Assembly (NCBI GenBank): GCA_964426845.1
Contig: CAYRSA010000002.1
Span: 98,495-162,494, forward strand
Reading direction: 5' to 3'
DNA from: an uncultured Candidatus Saccharibacteria bacterium
GTDB taxonomy: Bacteria; Patescibacteriota; Saccharimonadia; Saccharimonadales; JAGQNJ01
DNA: 64,000 nucleotides
In this document: positions 16,054 to 26,568 of the stretch, piece by piece
How positions within the stretch are numbered: the stretch's first letter is position 1
Layout of the letters: every line of letters starts with the position of its first letter
Position numbers and translations under genes: made by a program
Notes under the pieces: model-generated
Seen by the model: only the letters and a program-made list of their open reading frames with translations
The model's database searches: none
What the model was told of the DNA's origin: nothing

Positions 16054-17096
16054 GATTTTCCGGACTTTCGCTTTTGTATACGCTTAGCCATGTCGCCGAC
16101 AGCTTGCGATAAATCCTTGCGAGTGACGATGATGCCATCTTTGGTGTTGATAACTACGATGTTGTCTAGACCAATGACCGCCATCGGCTTGTCTTCATGG
16201 TTTTGCAAGAATGAATTTTGGACATCGGCAATCTCTACGTCGCCCTGAGTGTGGTTGCCCTCATCGTCGCTCTCGGCGGCTTTGTGCAAATCAACATAAG
16301 ACCCCACGTCCATCCAGTCAAAGTTGGCCGGCACAACTAGCAAGTCTCTGACTCTTTCAATCAAGGCGTAATCAATGGCTATGTTGTCTAGTTTTAGGTA
16401 TGCCTCTTTGAATGACTTATCTGTGCTTGTCCTTGCCAGTGCCGTATATGCCTTTTTCATTTTCGGTGCATAGTCACTCATGCTCCGTAGAAAGGTGTTA
16501 ACTGACCCTACAAAATAACCGCAGTTCCACAGGAAGTCTCCAGACTTAACGTATTGCTTAGCTGTCTGGTAATCGGGCTTTTCTTTAAATGCTTTAACCG
16601 AGAATACAAAATTCTCGTCGATTTCGTCTCCCTTTTCTATATAGCCAAAGCCTGTTGCTGGGTGATCTGGCTCAATCCCTACCAGAACTATGCGTCCTTC
16701 CTTTTTCGAAACAGCCTGCGCAATCTTAAAGGTATGGTTAAAGCCTTTGGTGTCACGGATGTAGTGATCGGCATGGACGAAAGCAATGGGCTCGTCAGGG
16801 TCAATGTCGGCTATGGTAGCCAAGCCAGCCAAGATGCAACTAGCCGTCCCCCGCCGGGCTGGCTCGATAATGAAATTCTTGTCTTTAAGTTGTGGCAACT
16901 GATCCTTAACATGGTGGGCATGACTGGCGTCGGTGACTACAAAAACTTGACTGCTAATCTTAGAGACTCGGTCGTAGGTACTTTGAACTAAGGTCTTGTG
17001 ATTACCATTCACCTGCAGAAGGTGCTTGGGGTAGTCGGGAGTCGATAAAGGCCATAGGCGGGTCCCCGAACCGCCAGCAATAATTACAGAAATCAT
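16050..17096 (-). CDS. manC: Mannose-1-phosphate guanylyltransferase (no PMI/cupin domain)
   Basis: MISVIIAGGSGTRLWPLS nucleotidyltransferase signature. At 348 aa it is the short ManC form. Confidence 0.85.
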   Translation of the reverse strand: MISVIIAGGSGTRLWPLSTPDYPKHLLQVNGNHKTLVQSTYDRVSKISSQVFVVTDASHAHHVKDQLPQLKDKNFIIEPARRGTASCILAGLATIADIDPDEPIAFVHADHYIRDTKGFNHTFKIAQAVSKKEGRIVLVGIEPDHPATGFGYIEKGDEIDENFVFSVKAFKEKPDYQTAKQYVKSGDFLWNCGYFVGSVNTFLRSMSDYAPKMKKAYTALARTSTDKSFKEAYLKLDNIAIDYALIERVRDLLVVPANFDWMDVGSYVDLHKAAESDDEGNHTQGDVEIADVQNSFLQNHEDKPMAVIGLDNIVVINTKDGIIVTRKDLSQAVGDMAKRIQKRKSGKS

Positions 17097-17115
17097 TGCC
17101 CTTATAATAACAAAT

Positions 17116-18588
17116 TTACAGCAGTGGCTTGATGTTTAATTTACGCAGTTCAGCCTGGACCCGCAGGTGATAACTCCTTGTCGAATCGGTGTACCACTTG
17201 GCTTCGGTGCCACGGTAAAAAACCAGTAGTGGCAAGTGTGTGTAGATGCTAAGAATCAGCAGGCTGGCCACAACCGCTACAAAAGCCTTCCTCCAACTAC
17301 CCTTCAGAGACTTGTAGGTTAGGATCAACAACTTGACGCAAAAATAATAGAGAAACGGAACCACCGGGAATAGATAGCGGCCCTGGAAAGCGTAAGGTTG
17401 CCCAAACTTCAACCAGGTCTGCAGATTGAACAGATACATAGTAGTGGCGTATGACAGAGTTACCCAGAATAATAATTTCTCGCCCTTTGTCGCGGCGATT
17501 TTCTTTCTAAATACTGCCGCCATAACTATAAAGCCAGCCGCTGTAGCCACTGCCAAGACCTTGGCACCGTAGTTGGCGCGCATTTGCTCGTGGCCGTAAT
17601 AGAAGTGGCTGCGCTCGTACATAAAGGTCGTCCACATTTGAGTGAATTGGTAGGGCTGGTAGGTGACGCCGTCACCGCGGGCTTTTTGCTGGGCATAGGC
17701 CTTTATTTGGGTTTCGTTGCGATTAAAAACATCGTCTTGCATACAATCGGAGTAGGCGTGAATCTTGTCGCACGTGACTTCAATTTGCCGGTACTTGATG
17801 ACATTGCCGCCAATACGCTCTATAAATAAAAAGCCGGCGACTACGACTGCAATAATCAACAGGACATGCTTAAAATTTCTAAGCCGTAGGTTCTGAGAAA
17901 AATGCAGGTCTTTTCGTTTTAGGAAGGCCGTAATTATCACCAACAAAGCCAGGAATGGAATAAACGTCACTTTGGTCAACACGCACAACATGGCGAATAA
18001 GGAGAATAGGGCCAGGCGTTTAGTGGTGATACCCTTGCCTTGCAGGATACTCAGAGCCAAGGACACACAGGCCAGGTAGAAAAAGGTCGCCGGCACATCG
18101 TAGTTGATGGACGAAAACATCCAGATCATCATGCCGGTCAGGCTAATCAGCAACAAAACGCTATTCTGGGCAAACGGACTAGCTTTAATCTGCCGAAGTA
18201 TTCGCCTAATTACGAAAAGACTAGCTACGCCGATGCTCAGAGTTATAAGGCGCAGAGCCATGACCTGCACGAGCAGGCTGTCGGTGACTTGGAACAACCC
18301 TCGCAGCGGGAAGCTCATGCCATAGTGATAAAGATAGTTAGGAATGCGAGTGATATCGCGCAGATCAAAGTGCTCTACACCCTGATTGCTGATAAACGGT
18401 CCGTTGGTAACTGGTTGGGTGGCGTAGTATTCAATGAACCGAAAATGGTAGTACTCGTCGGGCGGTATACGGTAGGCGATGCTGAACACAAACAACAGAC
18501 AGCTAAAGACTGCCACGCCAAGTGTGGCATAGAAGAACTTCTTGCTAGAGACTATAGCTCGTACATTATTGACTGACATATATCGCAT
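17116..18588 (-). CDS. Polytopic GT-C-like glycosyltransferase (PMT/ArnT-like)
   Basis: 490 aa with at least 10 TM segments. The first loop carries PPDEYYHFRF (a DE-type GT-C loop motif). The gene is divergent from a GT2 polyprenyl-phosphate sugar synthase. Confidence 0.6.
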   Translation of the reverse strand: MRYMSVNNVRAIVSSKKFFYATLGVAVFSCLLFVFSIAYRIPPDEYYHFRFIEYYATQPVTNGPFISNQGVEHFDLRDITRIPNYLYHYGMSFPLRGLFQVTDSLLVQVMALRLITLSIGVASLFVIRRILRQIKASPFAQNSVLLLISLTGMMIWMFSSINYDVPATFFYLACVSLALSILQGKGITTKRLALFSLFAMLCVLTKVTFIPFLALLVIITAFLKRKDLHFSQNLRLRNFKHVLLIIAVVVAGFLFIERIGGNVIKYRQIEVTCDKIHAYSDCMQDDVFNRNETQIKAYAQQKARGDGVTYQPYQFTQMWTTFMYERSHFYYGHEQMRANYGAKVLAVATAAGFIVMAAVFRKKIAATKGEKLLFWVTLSYATTMYLFNLQTWLKFGQPYAFQGRYLFPVVPFLYYFCVKLLILTYKSLKGSWRKAFVAVVASLLILSIYTHLPLLVFYRGTEAKWYTDSTRSYHLRVQAELRKLNIKPLL

Positions 18589-18619
18589 TACTCTATCTTA
18601 CGCTATACTTAAAACATAT

Positions 18620-19564
18620 ATGAAGTTAGTTGTACAGATACCGTGCGTTAACGAAGCAGCCACCCTGCTGGCGGTGTTGAAGTCTATTCCCAAGAAAATC
18701 GATGGCATCGACGAGATTGTGGTCCTGGTTATCGATGATGGCTGCACGGATGACACCGTGGCTGTGGCTAAGAAGCACGGTGTCAAACACTTCGTGCATC
18801 ACTCTCAGAATATGGGTCTGGCCCGAGCTTTTCACGATGGCATCGACGCGGCTCTTGGCATGGGAGCTGACATTGTGGTCAACACCGACGGCGACAACCA
18901 GTATCCCCAGGACCGGATTGGTGATTTGGTTCAGCCAATTATCCAGGGTCAAGCTGAGATTGTGATTGCCGACCGCCAGACTGATACCATCGCTCACTTT
19001 TCCTGGGCTAAGAAACAGCTACAGAAATTTGGCAGCTGGATTGTGAACAAGGCCGCCGGCACCAACGTACCTGATGCCGCCAGCGGCTTTCGGGCTTATT
19101 CTTACGATGCTCTGATGCGCCTGAGCGTCATAACTCGCTTTAGCTATTGTATGGAAACCATTATCCAAGCTGGGAACAAAGGCATCCCGATTGCCAGCAT
19201 TCCCGTTAAGACTAAACGAGTGACTCGGCCTTCCCGACTATTTAAGTCGCACAGCCAACACGTTATCAAGTCCGCTCAGGCCATTACCAAAAGTTTCGTA
19301 ATGTATAAATCTCACCTGATTTTTATTCCAGCCGGTTTTGTGTTTCTGGTACTGGGCCTAATACCTTTTGTTCGATATCTGGTATTGACGTTGGGCGATG
19401 ACCCAGGTAGTCATATCCAGTCGTTGCTTATTGGTTTGGTTTTATTGTTTGCCTCGATTATGTCGTTCGCCTTGGCCGTGATCGCCGATTTGATTAAAAC
19501 CAACCGAGCTCTCAACGAAGACAATTTGGAACGCACCAAGAAGATGCAGTTTCCTAGGAAATAA
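18620..19564 (+). CDS. GT2 polyprenyl-phosphate glycosyltransferase (DPM1/GtrB/ArnC-like) with C-terminal TM hairpin
   Basis: MKLVVQIPCVNEAATL...VLVIDDGCTDDT...NTDGDNQY, followed by two C-terminal TM helices. The start is moved to 18620. Confidence 0.8.
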   Translation: MKLVVQIPCVNEAATLLAVLKSIPKKIDGIDEIVVLVIDDGCTDDTVAVAKKHGVKHFVHHSQNMGLARAFHDGIDAALGMGADIVVNTDGDNQYPQDRIGDLVQPIIQGQAEIVIADRQTDTIAHFSWAKKQLQKFGSWIVNKAAGTNVPDAASGFRAYSYDALMRLSVITRFSYCMETIIQAGNKGIPIASIPVKTKRVTRPSRLFKSHSQHVIKSAQAITKSFVMYKSHLIFIPAGFVFLVLGLIPFVRYLVLTLGDDPGSHIQSLLIGLVLLFASIMSFALAVIADLIKTNRALNEDNLERTKKMQFPRK

Positions 19565-20624
19565 CTTTTTTGTAAGTGTTTTTGTATTGCTGGGCGATCT
19601 TTGACCAGCCGAACATTTTTAGGGTGTACTTACGAGCCCGCCGGCCAAGAGCCTGACGCTTCTTGTCATCACTAAGTAATTTTTCGATAGTCGCTTGATA
19701 GGCCTTAGCGTCTTTTTCCTGGAGCAAGATACCATTCTCGCCGTCCTGCAGAGCCTGAGCAATCCCCTCGATATTACTGGCCACAACTGGCAACTCGGCC
19801 ATAGCGGCTTCGTGAGCCACAATCCCAAAACCTTCCATATCGCCCGGGACTGTTATATTTGGCATAACAAATATGTCGGCCGCCGATAGCCAAGCCTGTT
19901 TGGTTGAGTCATCGACTTCGCCTAGCAAGTGCACTCTGGCGGCTTGGTCATGTTTTTCTAGTGCCCTTTCGATGTTTCCACGCTCAACCCCTTCGCCAAT
20001 AACCACGTAGTGTACGTCACCTGAAATATGTGGCAGAACGTTTGTCACGAACCAGGCTACGCCTTTTCGCTTAGCCAAACGCCCGACGGTAATTAAAATC
20101 TTGGCGTCCTTAGCTATTCCGGCTGAGGTCAAAAGTTTTGGCCGGTTAATGTTTGGTAATTTGTCTTGGCTCACACCCAGAGGAATTACAGTAACTTTTT
20201 TGTCAGGAACTCCGCGCTTTGTGGCTTCATCGGCCGTGGCCTGGCTTATAGCAATCATGGCCCCACAGCGGCGGGCAAAAAACAAATTCACTTTTTGGTA
20301 GAAAGCCAGCTTGAAAGTTAAGTCTAGGCCATGGGCCACCACAGTCCAGGGTCGCCGGCTGAGTTTTGAAAGCAACCAGCCCAGTGGTGAAAGAACGGCG
20401 TCCTGCATATGAATGACATCAATAGACCGATCGCTCAGCAGAGCCCATAGGCCGCGAACAAACAGCCAGGGCAGAACTAGCGGCAACCAAATGTTAGAGC
20501 CTCCCCAAGTGACTTTGACTAGCTCGACATTTTCTTTAGGCAGGGCTTGGGTGAGATCATAAGCAAACTTCTGCATGCCGCCGATTGACGGCGGAAAGCG
20601 GCGAGCCACAAACAAGACTTTCAT
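19554..20624 (-). CDS. Glycosyltransferase family 4
   Basis: MKVLFVARRFPPSIGGMQKF...PGDMEGFGIVAHEAAMAELPVVASNIEG. Confidence 0.8.
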   Translation of the reverse strand: MKVLFVARRFPPSIGGMQKFAYDLTQALPKENVELVKVTWGGSNIWLPLVLPWLFVRGLWALLSDRSIDVIHMQDAVLSPLGWLLSKLSRRPWTVVAHGLDLTFKLAFYQKVNLFFARRCGAMIAISQATADEATKRGVPDKKVTVIPLGVSQDKLPNINRPKLLTSAGIAKDAKILITVGRLAKRKGVAWFVTNVLPHISGDVHYVVIGEGVERGNIERALEKHDQAARVHLLGEVDDSTKQAWLSAADIFVMPNITVPGDMEGFGIVAHEAAMAELPVVASNIEGIAQALQDGENGILLQEKDAKAYQATIEKLLSDDKKRQALGRRARKYTLKMFGWSKIAQQYKNTYKKVIS

Positions 20625-20669
20625 ATTTAGAAAGCATACCATGCCAGAACAGGTATACTAAGGAGTAGA

Positions 20670-21566
20670 ATGAGCCTGCAATCACTTAAGTCCAAGCTCG
20701 CCAACCGACAAGTTCGGTCGGCTTTGGGCGTAGCCATCTTGGTTGCTACGGTATTGCTGTTTATCAACTACGGTCGCACCCATCCGGGGACTTTCTCGCA
20801 AATCGGCCAAGTCGGATTAGGAACACTGTTCCTGGTACTTTTTCTGTACACCTTATTCGTAGCCACCAACGCCATCATCTTGTTCGTTAACGTCCGGATG
20901 TGCTCACGCAAAATTAGCTACAGCGACGGCTTCCTGCTAACCGCCTACTCTACGCTGGTAAACTTTTTTGGCCCGCTCCAAAGCGGTCCAGGCTTTAGAG
21001 CAGTCTACGTCAAAAACAAATTTGGCATCAGCCTGAAATCGTTCGGCATCGCCAGCCTGTTTTACTACGGCTTTTACGCTATCTTCAGTCTGTGTATGCT
21101 GCTGCTTGGCTTTGAGCAAACCTGGATTGGCCTATTGGTCTTCTTGGCAGTCGGGGCCGCCACCCTCAACTTTATCCGCAAGAGATTAAAAAGTCCTGAA
21201 GCCAAGTCACTTATTCACCCCAGACTTATCGCCAGCGTGGCGCTGGTCACCTTGCTCCAGGTGTTTTTGATCAGCCTTATCTATTTCACGGAGTTGCGCA
21301 GTATCGACGCCAGCATTTCTTTCAAGCAAGCCGTCATCTACACCGGAGCCGCTAACTTCGGCATGTTTGTATCACTGACCCCGGGAGCCATTGGTATCCG
21401 CGAGTCGTTCTTACTATTCGCCGAACGCCTGCACCACATTCCTGAATCAACTGTCCTGGCCGCCAGCCTGCTGGACCGAGGCATCTACTTTATCTTCCTG
21501 GGCGGCATCTTCGCTCTAGTAAGTTTATTCCATGTTCAAAGGCGCCTATCTGGCAAGATAAACTAG
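20670..21566 (+). CDS. Flippase-like (LPG_synthase_TM / UPF0104) membrane protein
   Basis: 298 aa with about 8 TM segments and the motif SLTPGAIGIRESFLLF typical of that family. An AAGGAG Shine-Dalgarno site lies upstream. Confidence 0.7.
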   Translation: MSLQSLKSKLANRQVRSALGVAILVATVLLFINYGRTHPGTFSQIGQVGLGTLFLVLFLYTLFVATNAIILFVNVRMCSRKISYSDGFLLTAYSTLVNFFGPLQSGPGFRAVYVKNKFGISLKSFGIASLFYYGFYAIFSLCMLLLGFEQTWIGLLVFLAVGAATLNFIRKRLKSPEAKSLIHPRLIASVALVTLLQVFLISLIYFTELRSIDASISFKQAVIYTGAANFGMFVSLTPGAIGIRESFLLFAERLHHIPESTVLAASLLDRGIYFIFLGGIFALVSLFHVQRRLSGKIN

Positions 21567-22306
21567 CGCTTATATACTCGACGCACCCGATTAGAAAATA
21601 TATAGGTTAATTCGCCCAGAGAGGTCACTGCGTTCTTCAGGAAACCACTTTCGAACGTTCCGCCTGGTACTGATTTCCAATCATTGATACGTTTTGTTGT
21701 TATTGAAAATTTGTTGGCTTTAGCAATTGCTAGCACCTCCATGTCGAATCCCCATTTCATTATGTGTAAGCGCGAGAAACAAAGTTTGGCTGCTTTTTTT
21801 GAGAAAAGCTTAAAGCCACACTGCGAATCTTCAATCCAAACCCCGCTGGCGATTCTAAAGAGCAGGTTACCTAAGTTTGAGAGCGAGCGGCGAGCAAAAC
21901 TTTCGTGGTGCCTGCGCAGGTTCCTAGTAGCTATAACTAGATCCGCTCCCTTCGTATACTCTTTATAAAAAGCTGGAAGATGCCTTAAGGGAGTGGCTAA
22001 ATCTGCATCCATAAATATGACCGCGTTTCCCTTAGACCTCAACACTGCGTATTGTACGTCTCGCCCTTTGCCCACCGGCTTACCGGGCTTGAGTAATCTG
22101 AGGTTGGTGAACTTATTTTGCTTCTTCAACACGACATCATGGGTTTTATCGGTTGACGTAGCCGACACCACTAGGACCTCTGTATTCAGCTTACTGATAG
22201 TCTTGTCCTTTTTTAGGAAGACTGACAACTCATCCAGTGTCTTACCAATGCGTTTCTCTTCCCTGAGAGCAGGAATAATTATGGTCAAATCAGGATTTTT
22301 ACTCAT
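21563..22306 (-). CDS. GT2 glycosyltransferase, dolichyl/polyprenyl-phosphate beta-glucosyltransferase-like
   Basis: LTIIIPALREEKRIGKTL...FMDADLATP...ATRNLR...WIEDSQCGFKLF. The start is moved to MSKNPD (22306), giving an 8-nt overlap with the upstream gtrA-like gene. Confidence 0.8.
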   Translation of the reverse strand: MSKNPDLTIIIPALREEKRIGKTLDELSVFLKKDKTISKLNTEVLVVSATSTDKTHDVVLKKQNKFTNLRLLKPGKPVGKGRDVQYAVLRSKGNAVIFMDADLATPLRHLPAFYKEYTKGADLVIATRNLRRHHESFARRSLSNLGNLLFRIASGVWIEDSQCGFKLFSKKAAKLCFSRLHIMKWGFDMEVLAIAKANKFSITTKRINDWKSVPGGTFESGFLKNAVTSLGELTYIFSNRVRRVYKR

Positions 22307-22787
22307 CACTATCTTCCAGTATAGCTTCGTTTTTGAAAACAAAGAATTTGTAGCCATTGTAGTTCCAAACCATAGCAAATATGGCTCCAATCGCTGTGCT
22401 AACGTTTATATCAACGAAGTCCTGTCCTAGGCCAAGCCCTGTGAGATTATTAATTGTCTGAGTCAGCCATAAACCACGGCTATCAAGTACATATACCGAT
22501 GCTGCATAAACTAAGTTTAGAAGCAACAGGCTACCACTTATGGTAACTATCACAAAAGGTATAATCTGTTTTTTGGCGCTTTCCGATTTAGCGGCAAAAA
22601 CGTAGTTGCGATTCATTACAAAGCTAAATATCAAGGCACAGCTTGTACCTATTAGGCTGGAAATTATCTTTGTTTGATGAAGATAGTAGAAAGATAGGTT
22701 AAGAATTCCGAAACTTATAAAGGCATTGGCGGTCCCGACCAGTAAGAATTTTAGGATTCTTTTGTAGGCTATCTGGTATTGCTTCAT
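22299..22787 (-). CDS. GtrA-family membrane protein
   Basis: 162 aa with four TM helices and the motif KFLLVGTANAFISFGILNL. Confidence 0.75.
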   Translation of the reverse strand: MKQYQIAYKRILKFLLVGTANAFISFGILNLSFYYLHQTKIISSLIGTSCALIFSFVMNRNYVFAAKSESAKKQIIPFVIVTISGSLLLLNLVYAASVYVLDSRGLWLTQTINNLTGLGLGQDFVDINVSTAIGAIFAMVWNYNGYKFFVFKNEAILEDSDE

Positions 22788-23521
22788 TGGGGTTTTCTTA
22801 GAACCACAACTACCGAAGTCCCGAATGGAAACCTTATATACTTATGGAACCAAGCCTCTACATAAAGTAAGTTTGTGAATAAGCTGTTCACCCAGCCAGG
22901 GATATCAACATACGAAGTTTCGGAGTCGGTTTTTCGGCCAAGAATCTTATTAAGTGTGCGGAAGCCAACAACCAGACCCAAGGAGAACACAATAGCGTAA
23001 GATTTCTTTTCAACTCTTAGGCCGGCCTGGGTGGCGGCTGCCTCTAGTCGGCCTGTCGTATACCGTCGTTTGTGATGCAATGACACATCATGATCGCTCC
23101 AAAGCCACTGATAAGCCGGGACAGTAATAACGATTGCTCCGTCGTCCTTAATAACTCGCTTCCATTCTTTGAGAGCACTTTTTTCTTTTTCTATGTGCTC
23201 TAATACGTCAAATGCCCCCACTATGTCGTACGACTTTGGTTTAAATGGAAGTTTTATATCTTTAACTTTAGTAATTCTTTTATAGCCGTGTTGCTTCATG
23301 AATCGGATGGCATCGTCAGATATATCAACGTTATCAACCTGACCAAATTTTTCTAACATATCAATTGTCCCACCGGTGCCACAACCAACATTTAATATCA
23401 CTGGCGTGTCCTTGTCTTTCAGCGACCTATTAACATAGGTCTTTATGATTCTTAGGCGACCTAGGTGCCACCAATAGGTTTTCTCACGGTCTTCCATTCG
23501 AGCATATTCGCTCTTCTTCAT
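22784..23521 (-). CDS. Class I SAM-dependent methyltransferase
   Basis: ILNVGCGTGGT (motif I) and FDVLEHIEKEKSAL. Confidence 0.8.
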   Translation of the reverse strand: MKKSEYARMEDREKTYWWHLGRLRIIKTYVNRSLKDKDTPVILNVGCGTGGTIDMLEKFGQVDNVDISDDAIRFMKQHGYKRITKVKDIKLPFKPKSYDIVGAFDVLEHIEKEKSALKEWKRVIKDDGAIVITVPAYQWLWSDHDVSLHHKRRYTTGRLEAAATQAGLRVEKKSYAIVFSLGLVVGFRTLNKILGRKTDSETSYVDIPGWVNSLFTNLLYVEAWFHKYIRFPFGTSVVVVLRKPQ

Positions 23522-23597
23522 CTAGTCATCCTCTCTGTACCAAGCAATTAAGTTATTATACATGACGAAGCCACGTGCTTAAGCTGTCAATTACACA

Positions 23598-25352
23598 TCA
23601 AAGTCTGAACAATACATACCTATTGTCTTCATAAACTTTTTTGCTAAAAAGTCCTTCCGCACGAGTTACTTGCTCCGGTTGACCTTGAGAGAGCTCTTTA
23701 TCAATTATTGCGTACCTCAGCCCAAGTTGTTTCATTTTATCTAAATCATCATCCTGTAGATCGGTAAAATCTTGCAGCGTTTCTTTGTAACTGCGCGGCT
23801 CGAAACCACTATATCCATTGAAAATGTTTTTATTATGATACCCCGACCACATAACATCTTCGACCCTCGCCACGGGTATACCAGCATCCGGATAGTCAGA
23901 CTGGGTACGTAGGATGACTATATTGTCTATATCGGGATCATCATGAACCTTGGTATAAATCGGCGGTATGCTATAGGAAGCTTGCCTAGTTGGAACTGAT
24001 TTAAAAGGAGTCGTAATAAACTGCTTTATCGGCAACACATCCAGGCTAACGATAACGAATAGCAATGCAGTAAGTATTGCCCTCTTCTTTTGTGGCTTTA
24101 CCTCCTTCAAATATGAGCCTAAGATGGCGAGCAAGCAACATAACGCAAACAAACTAATAATGTTTGCTCGACCAACAGCCCTCAAGAATGATAGCTGTGG
24201 CAACAACTTATCAACAATAATATAAGGTAGCGGTACAGCAAGATCCACTCCTTCTACGCTATGTATCGCCGTCGAGCCAATTTTAAGCACTGGTCCGAGT
24301 GAGAATAAGAATCCAACTGCGAACAAGCCAAACAGGGCCACTGTTAGACCCTTGGTCTCTTTTGTTGGTGAGTCCTTGCGCTTTCTTATGACATGAAACA
24401 TTCCCAGGAGCAGTACCGCATAAAGTGATACCCCCATGTATGAATAGTTGTCTGGATTATGAGAGTTTTTTAGGATAAACGGGCGCAACTTATAGTAGAC
24501 TATTCCGGCTGGCGTATTCTCATAGGGCAAAACATAATCGTCAACCGATGAAGAGAAAGCTATTTGATCTCTAACCGAAAAACTTGCATTATTTTCTTTA
24601 GAGAAACGCACATACTCTTTTGCGATTGGTATAGTGACAAGTGTGGCCAATAAAGTAGCGCCCAGTAAAAGCGCGGCGCGCCGGTGACTAGAAAAAGCTG
24701 TGTATAAAATGAAAACCCCTATTATCACCAGTCCAAATACCATTTGATACCATGAAGCCAAGAATAAAAGTGCCGACAATACTCCAAACCATATCAAATA
24801 CTTACGCTCGCCAGAATCTCGATATTTTAACAACATCAATACGATCAGTGGAACATAAAATATACTTAGACTTTGTAGGTGGCTTATGGCACTGATCTTT
24901 GTCGGAGCAAAAGCAAACACCATTCCTGAAAGAATACTGATTGCTTCGTTTCCCTTGCTTAGGTACTTAGCTAATAAATACATAAAGAAGCCCGCCAGGA
25001 ATACGGTAAGCACTAGCCAAACATTAGTCGCAAACAAGGGGTTTTGATTGATGAAGAAAAGTGGCAATGTCAACAGTCCGGTAGAAAATTGAGTTTCTGA
25101 AAATAACATACTGTCCTTATTTGGAAAGTATATATTTCCGTCTGTGTAACTATCGCAACCTTGGCCTGTGATGCAGTGATGATTTCTGGAAAGCGTCCAG
25201 GCGTTGAACATATGGTCGCCACCGTCAGAAAAAGTCCCTAGGTGGGTGATAGTTGGCCATAAAAATAATGCGGTAGATACAAAAAACAAGCTGGCGGCAA
25301 CTATGGCGTACGCGTGCTTAGCCAGATACTTGCGAAGCGATGCGGTTTTCAT
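23598..25352 (-). CDS. Large polytopic membrane protein, putative GT-C/YfhO-like extracytoplasmic glycosyltransferase
   Basis: 584 aa with about 12 TM segments and a C-terminal soluble domain. It sits between GT2, GtrA and methyltransferase genes. The function is inferred from architecture and context only. Confidence 0.5.
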   Translation of the reverse strand: MKTASLRKYLAKHAYAIVAASLFFVSTALFLWPTITHLGTFSDGGDHMFNAWTLSRNHHCITGQGCDSYTDGNIYFPNKDSMLFSETQFSTGLLTLPLFFINQNPLFATNVWLVLTVFLAGFFMYLLAKYLSKGNEAISILSGMVFAFAPTKISAISHLQSLSIFYVPLIVLMLLKYRDSGERKYLIWFGVLSALLFLASWYQMVFGLVIIGVFILYTAFSSHRRAALLLGATLLATLVTIPIAKEYVRFSKENNASFSVRDQIAFSSSVDDYVLPYENTPAGIVYYKLRPFILKNSHNPDNYSYMGVSLYAVLLLGMFHVIRKRKDSPTKETKGLTVALFGLFAVGFLFSLGPVLKIGSTAIHSVEGVDLAVPLPYIIVDKLLPQLSFLRAVGRANIISLFALCCLLAILGSYLKEVKPQKKRAILTALLFVIVSLDVLPIKQFITTPFKSVPTRQASYSIPPIYTKVHDDPDIDNIVILRTQSDYPDAGIPVARVEDVMWSGYHNKNIFNGYSGFEPRSYKETLQDFTDLQDDDLDKMKQLGLRYAIIDKELSQGQPEQVTRAEGLFSKKVYEDNRYVLFRL

Positions 25353-26071
25353 ACCGTAAGGTTATAGTAGATTATCTCCCAAATGGCCTTAAACCCATCT
25401 CTGAAGCCAATCTTCTTTCCTTCTTCTTTGCTACGTCCGTAATATGAGATGCCTATTTCATACACAGCTACCTTACTCTTAGCTACCCTGGCGGTAATCT
25501 CGGGTTCAAAACCGAAACGTTTAGCCTTCAGGTCTTTTGCTAGACGACGAGCCAAATCTCCCCGCATCATCTTGTAGCAGGTCTCCATGTCAGTAAGGTT
25601 TAAGCCAGTGAATACATTAGACAAAAAAGTCAGAAACTTATTTGCAACTTGATTACGATAGTAAATGATTCGGTGAGGCTCTCCGCCGATGAATCTGGAG
25701 CCGTATACGACATCGGCGTGTCCACGCTCTATAGGATACAGGAGTCTTTTGTACTCTTCAGGGTCATACTCTAAGTCGGCGTCCTGAATAACCACTACGT
25801 CACCCGAAGACTCCAGTATGCCCCGTTTTAAAGCCGCACCTTTGCCTTGGTTCTTTTCTTGGAAGAACAGCTTTAGGCTCTTATTGGTTTTTTGTAGGTC
25901 CTTTAGGATATCGCGAGTGCCGTCACTCGAACCATCATCAACAATCACCACTTCCTTTTTAGTTGACCCAAGATTGACCTGGTCGATTTCGTGCAGGATT
26001 GCTTCGATGGTCTGTTTTTCGTTATAACAAGGAATAATAATTGATAGTACTTTTGCTTTGGTCTTTGTCAT
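25349..26071 (-). CDS. GT2 polyprenyl-phosphate glycosyltransferase-like
   Basis: [18 protein letters not shown]...[11 protein letters not shown]...[10 protein letters not shown]. The start is moved to MTKTKAK (26071). Confidence 0.8.
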   Translation of the reverse strand: MTKTKAKVLSIIIPCYNEKQTIEAILHEIDQVNLGSTKKEVVIVDDGSSDGTRDILKDLQKTNKSLKLFFQEKNQGKGAALKRGILESSGDVVVIQDADLEYDPEEYKRLLYPIERGHADVVYGSRFIGGEPHRIIYYRNQVANKFLTFLSNVFTGLNLTDMETCYKMMRGDLARRLAKDLKAKRFGFEPEITARVAKSKVAVYEIGISYYGRSKEEGKKIGFRDGFKAIWEIIYYNLTV

Positions 26072-26118
26072 TTGGTCCTTACTCTTTACCTCTAAAAATA
26101 TGCTAACATACCGAGAGC

Positions 26119-26568
26119 ATGATTGCCTACACACGCAAACAAGTTGCGCGACTACTTAAGATTGATTTTATACGGTTTTGTTTGGTTGGCGGCAGTGGGT
26201 TTGTCCTAAACCTAGCTATCCTGGCCGCTCTGACCCATTTCACTAATTTTAGTGTTTTTATTTGTCAGCTGATTGCTGCGGAGATTGCCTTGTTCAGCAA
26301 CTTCCTGCTTCACCATCACTGGACTTATAGACACAATAATGTCCACAAGAGCATCACAAAGCTGCTGATTCAGTTTCACGCCTCGTCTTGGCCAGCAATC
26401 TTGGGAAGTGCCCTCATGGTAAGCGCAGCAGAACATTATTTACATTTGAATAATTTCTTTGCTTTGATGCTGAGTTCAGTTATCGTATTATTCTGGAACT
26501 ACGCATGGTCAAAATTTGTGATTTGGCGAGGTGTCAGTTCCGATGACGTAAAGCAGGAGATTACATGA
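26119..26568 (+). CDS. GtrA-family membrane protein
   Basis: [22 protein letters not shown]...[11 protein letters not shown]. 149 aa with four TM helices. Confidence 0.75.
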   Translation: MIAYTRKQVARLLKIDFIRFCLVGGSGFVLNLAILAALTHFTNFSVFICQLIAAEIALFSNFLLHHHWTYRHNNVHKSITKLLIQFHASSWPAILGSALMVSAAEHYLHLNNFFALMLSSVIVLFWNYAWSKFVIWRGVSSDDVKQEIT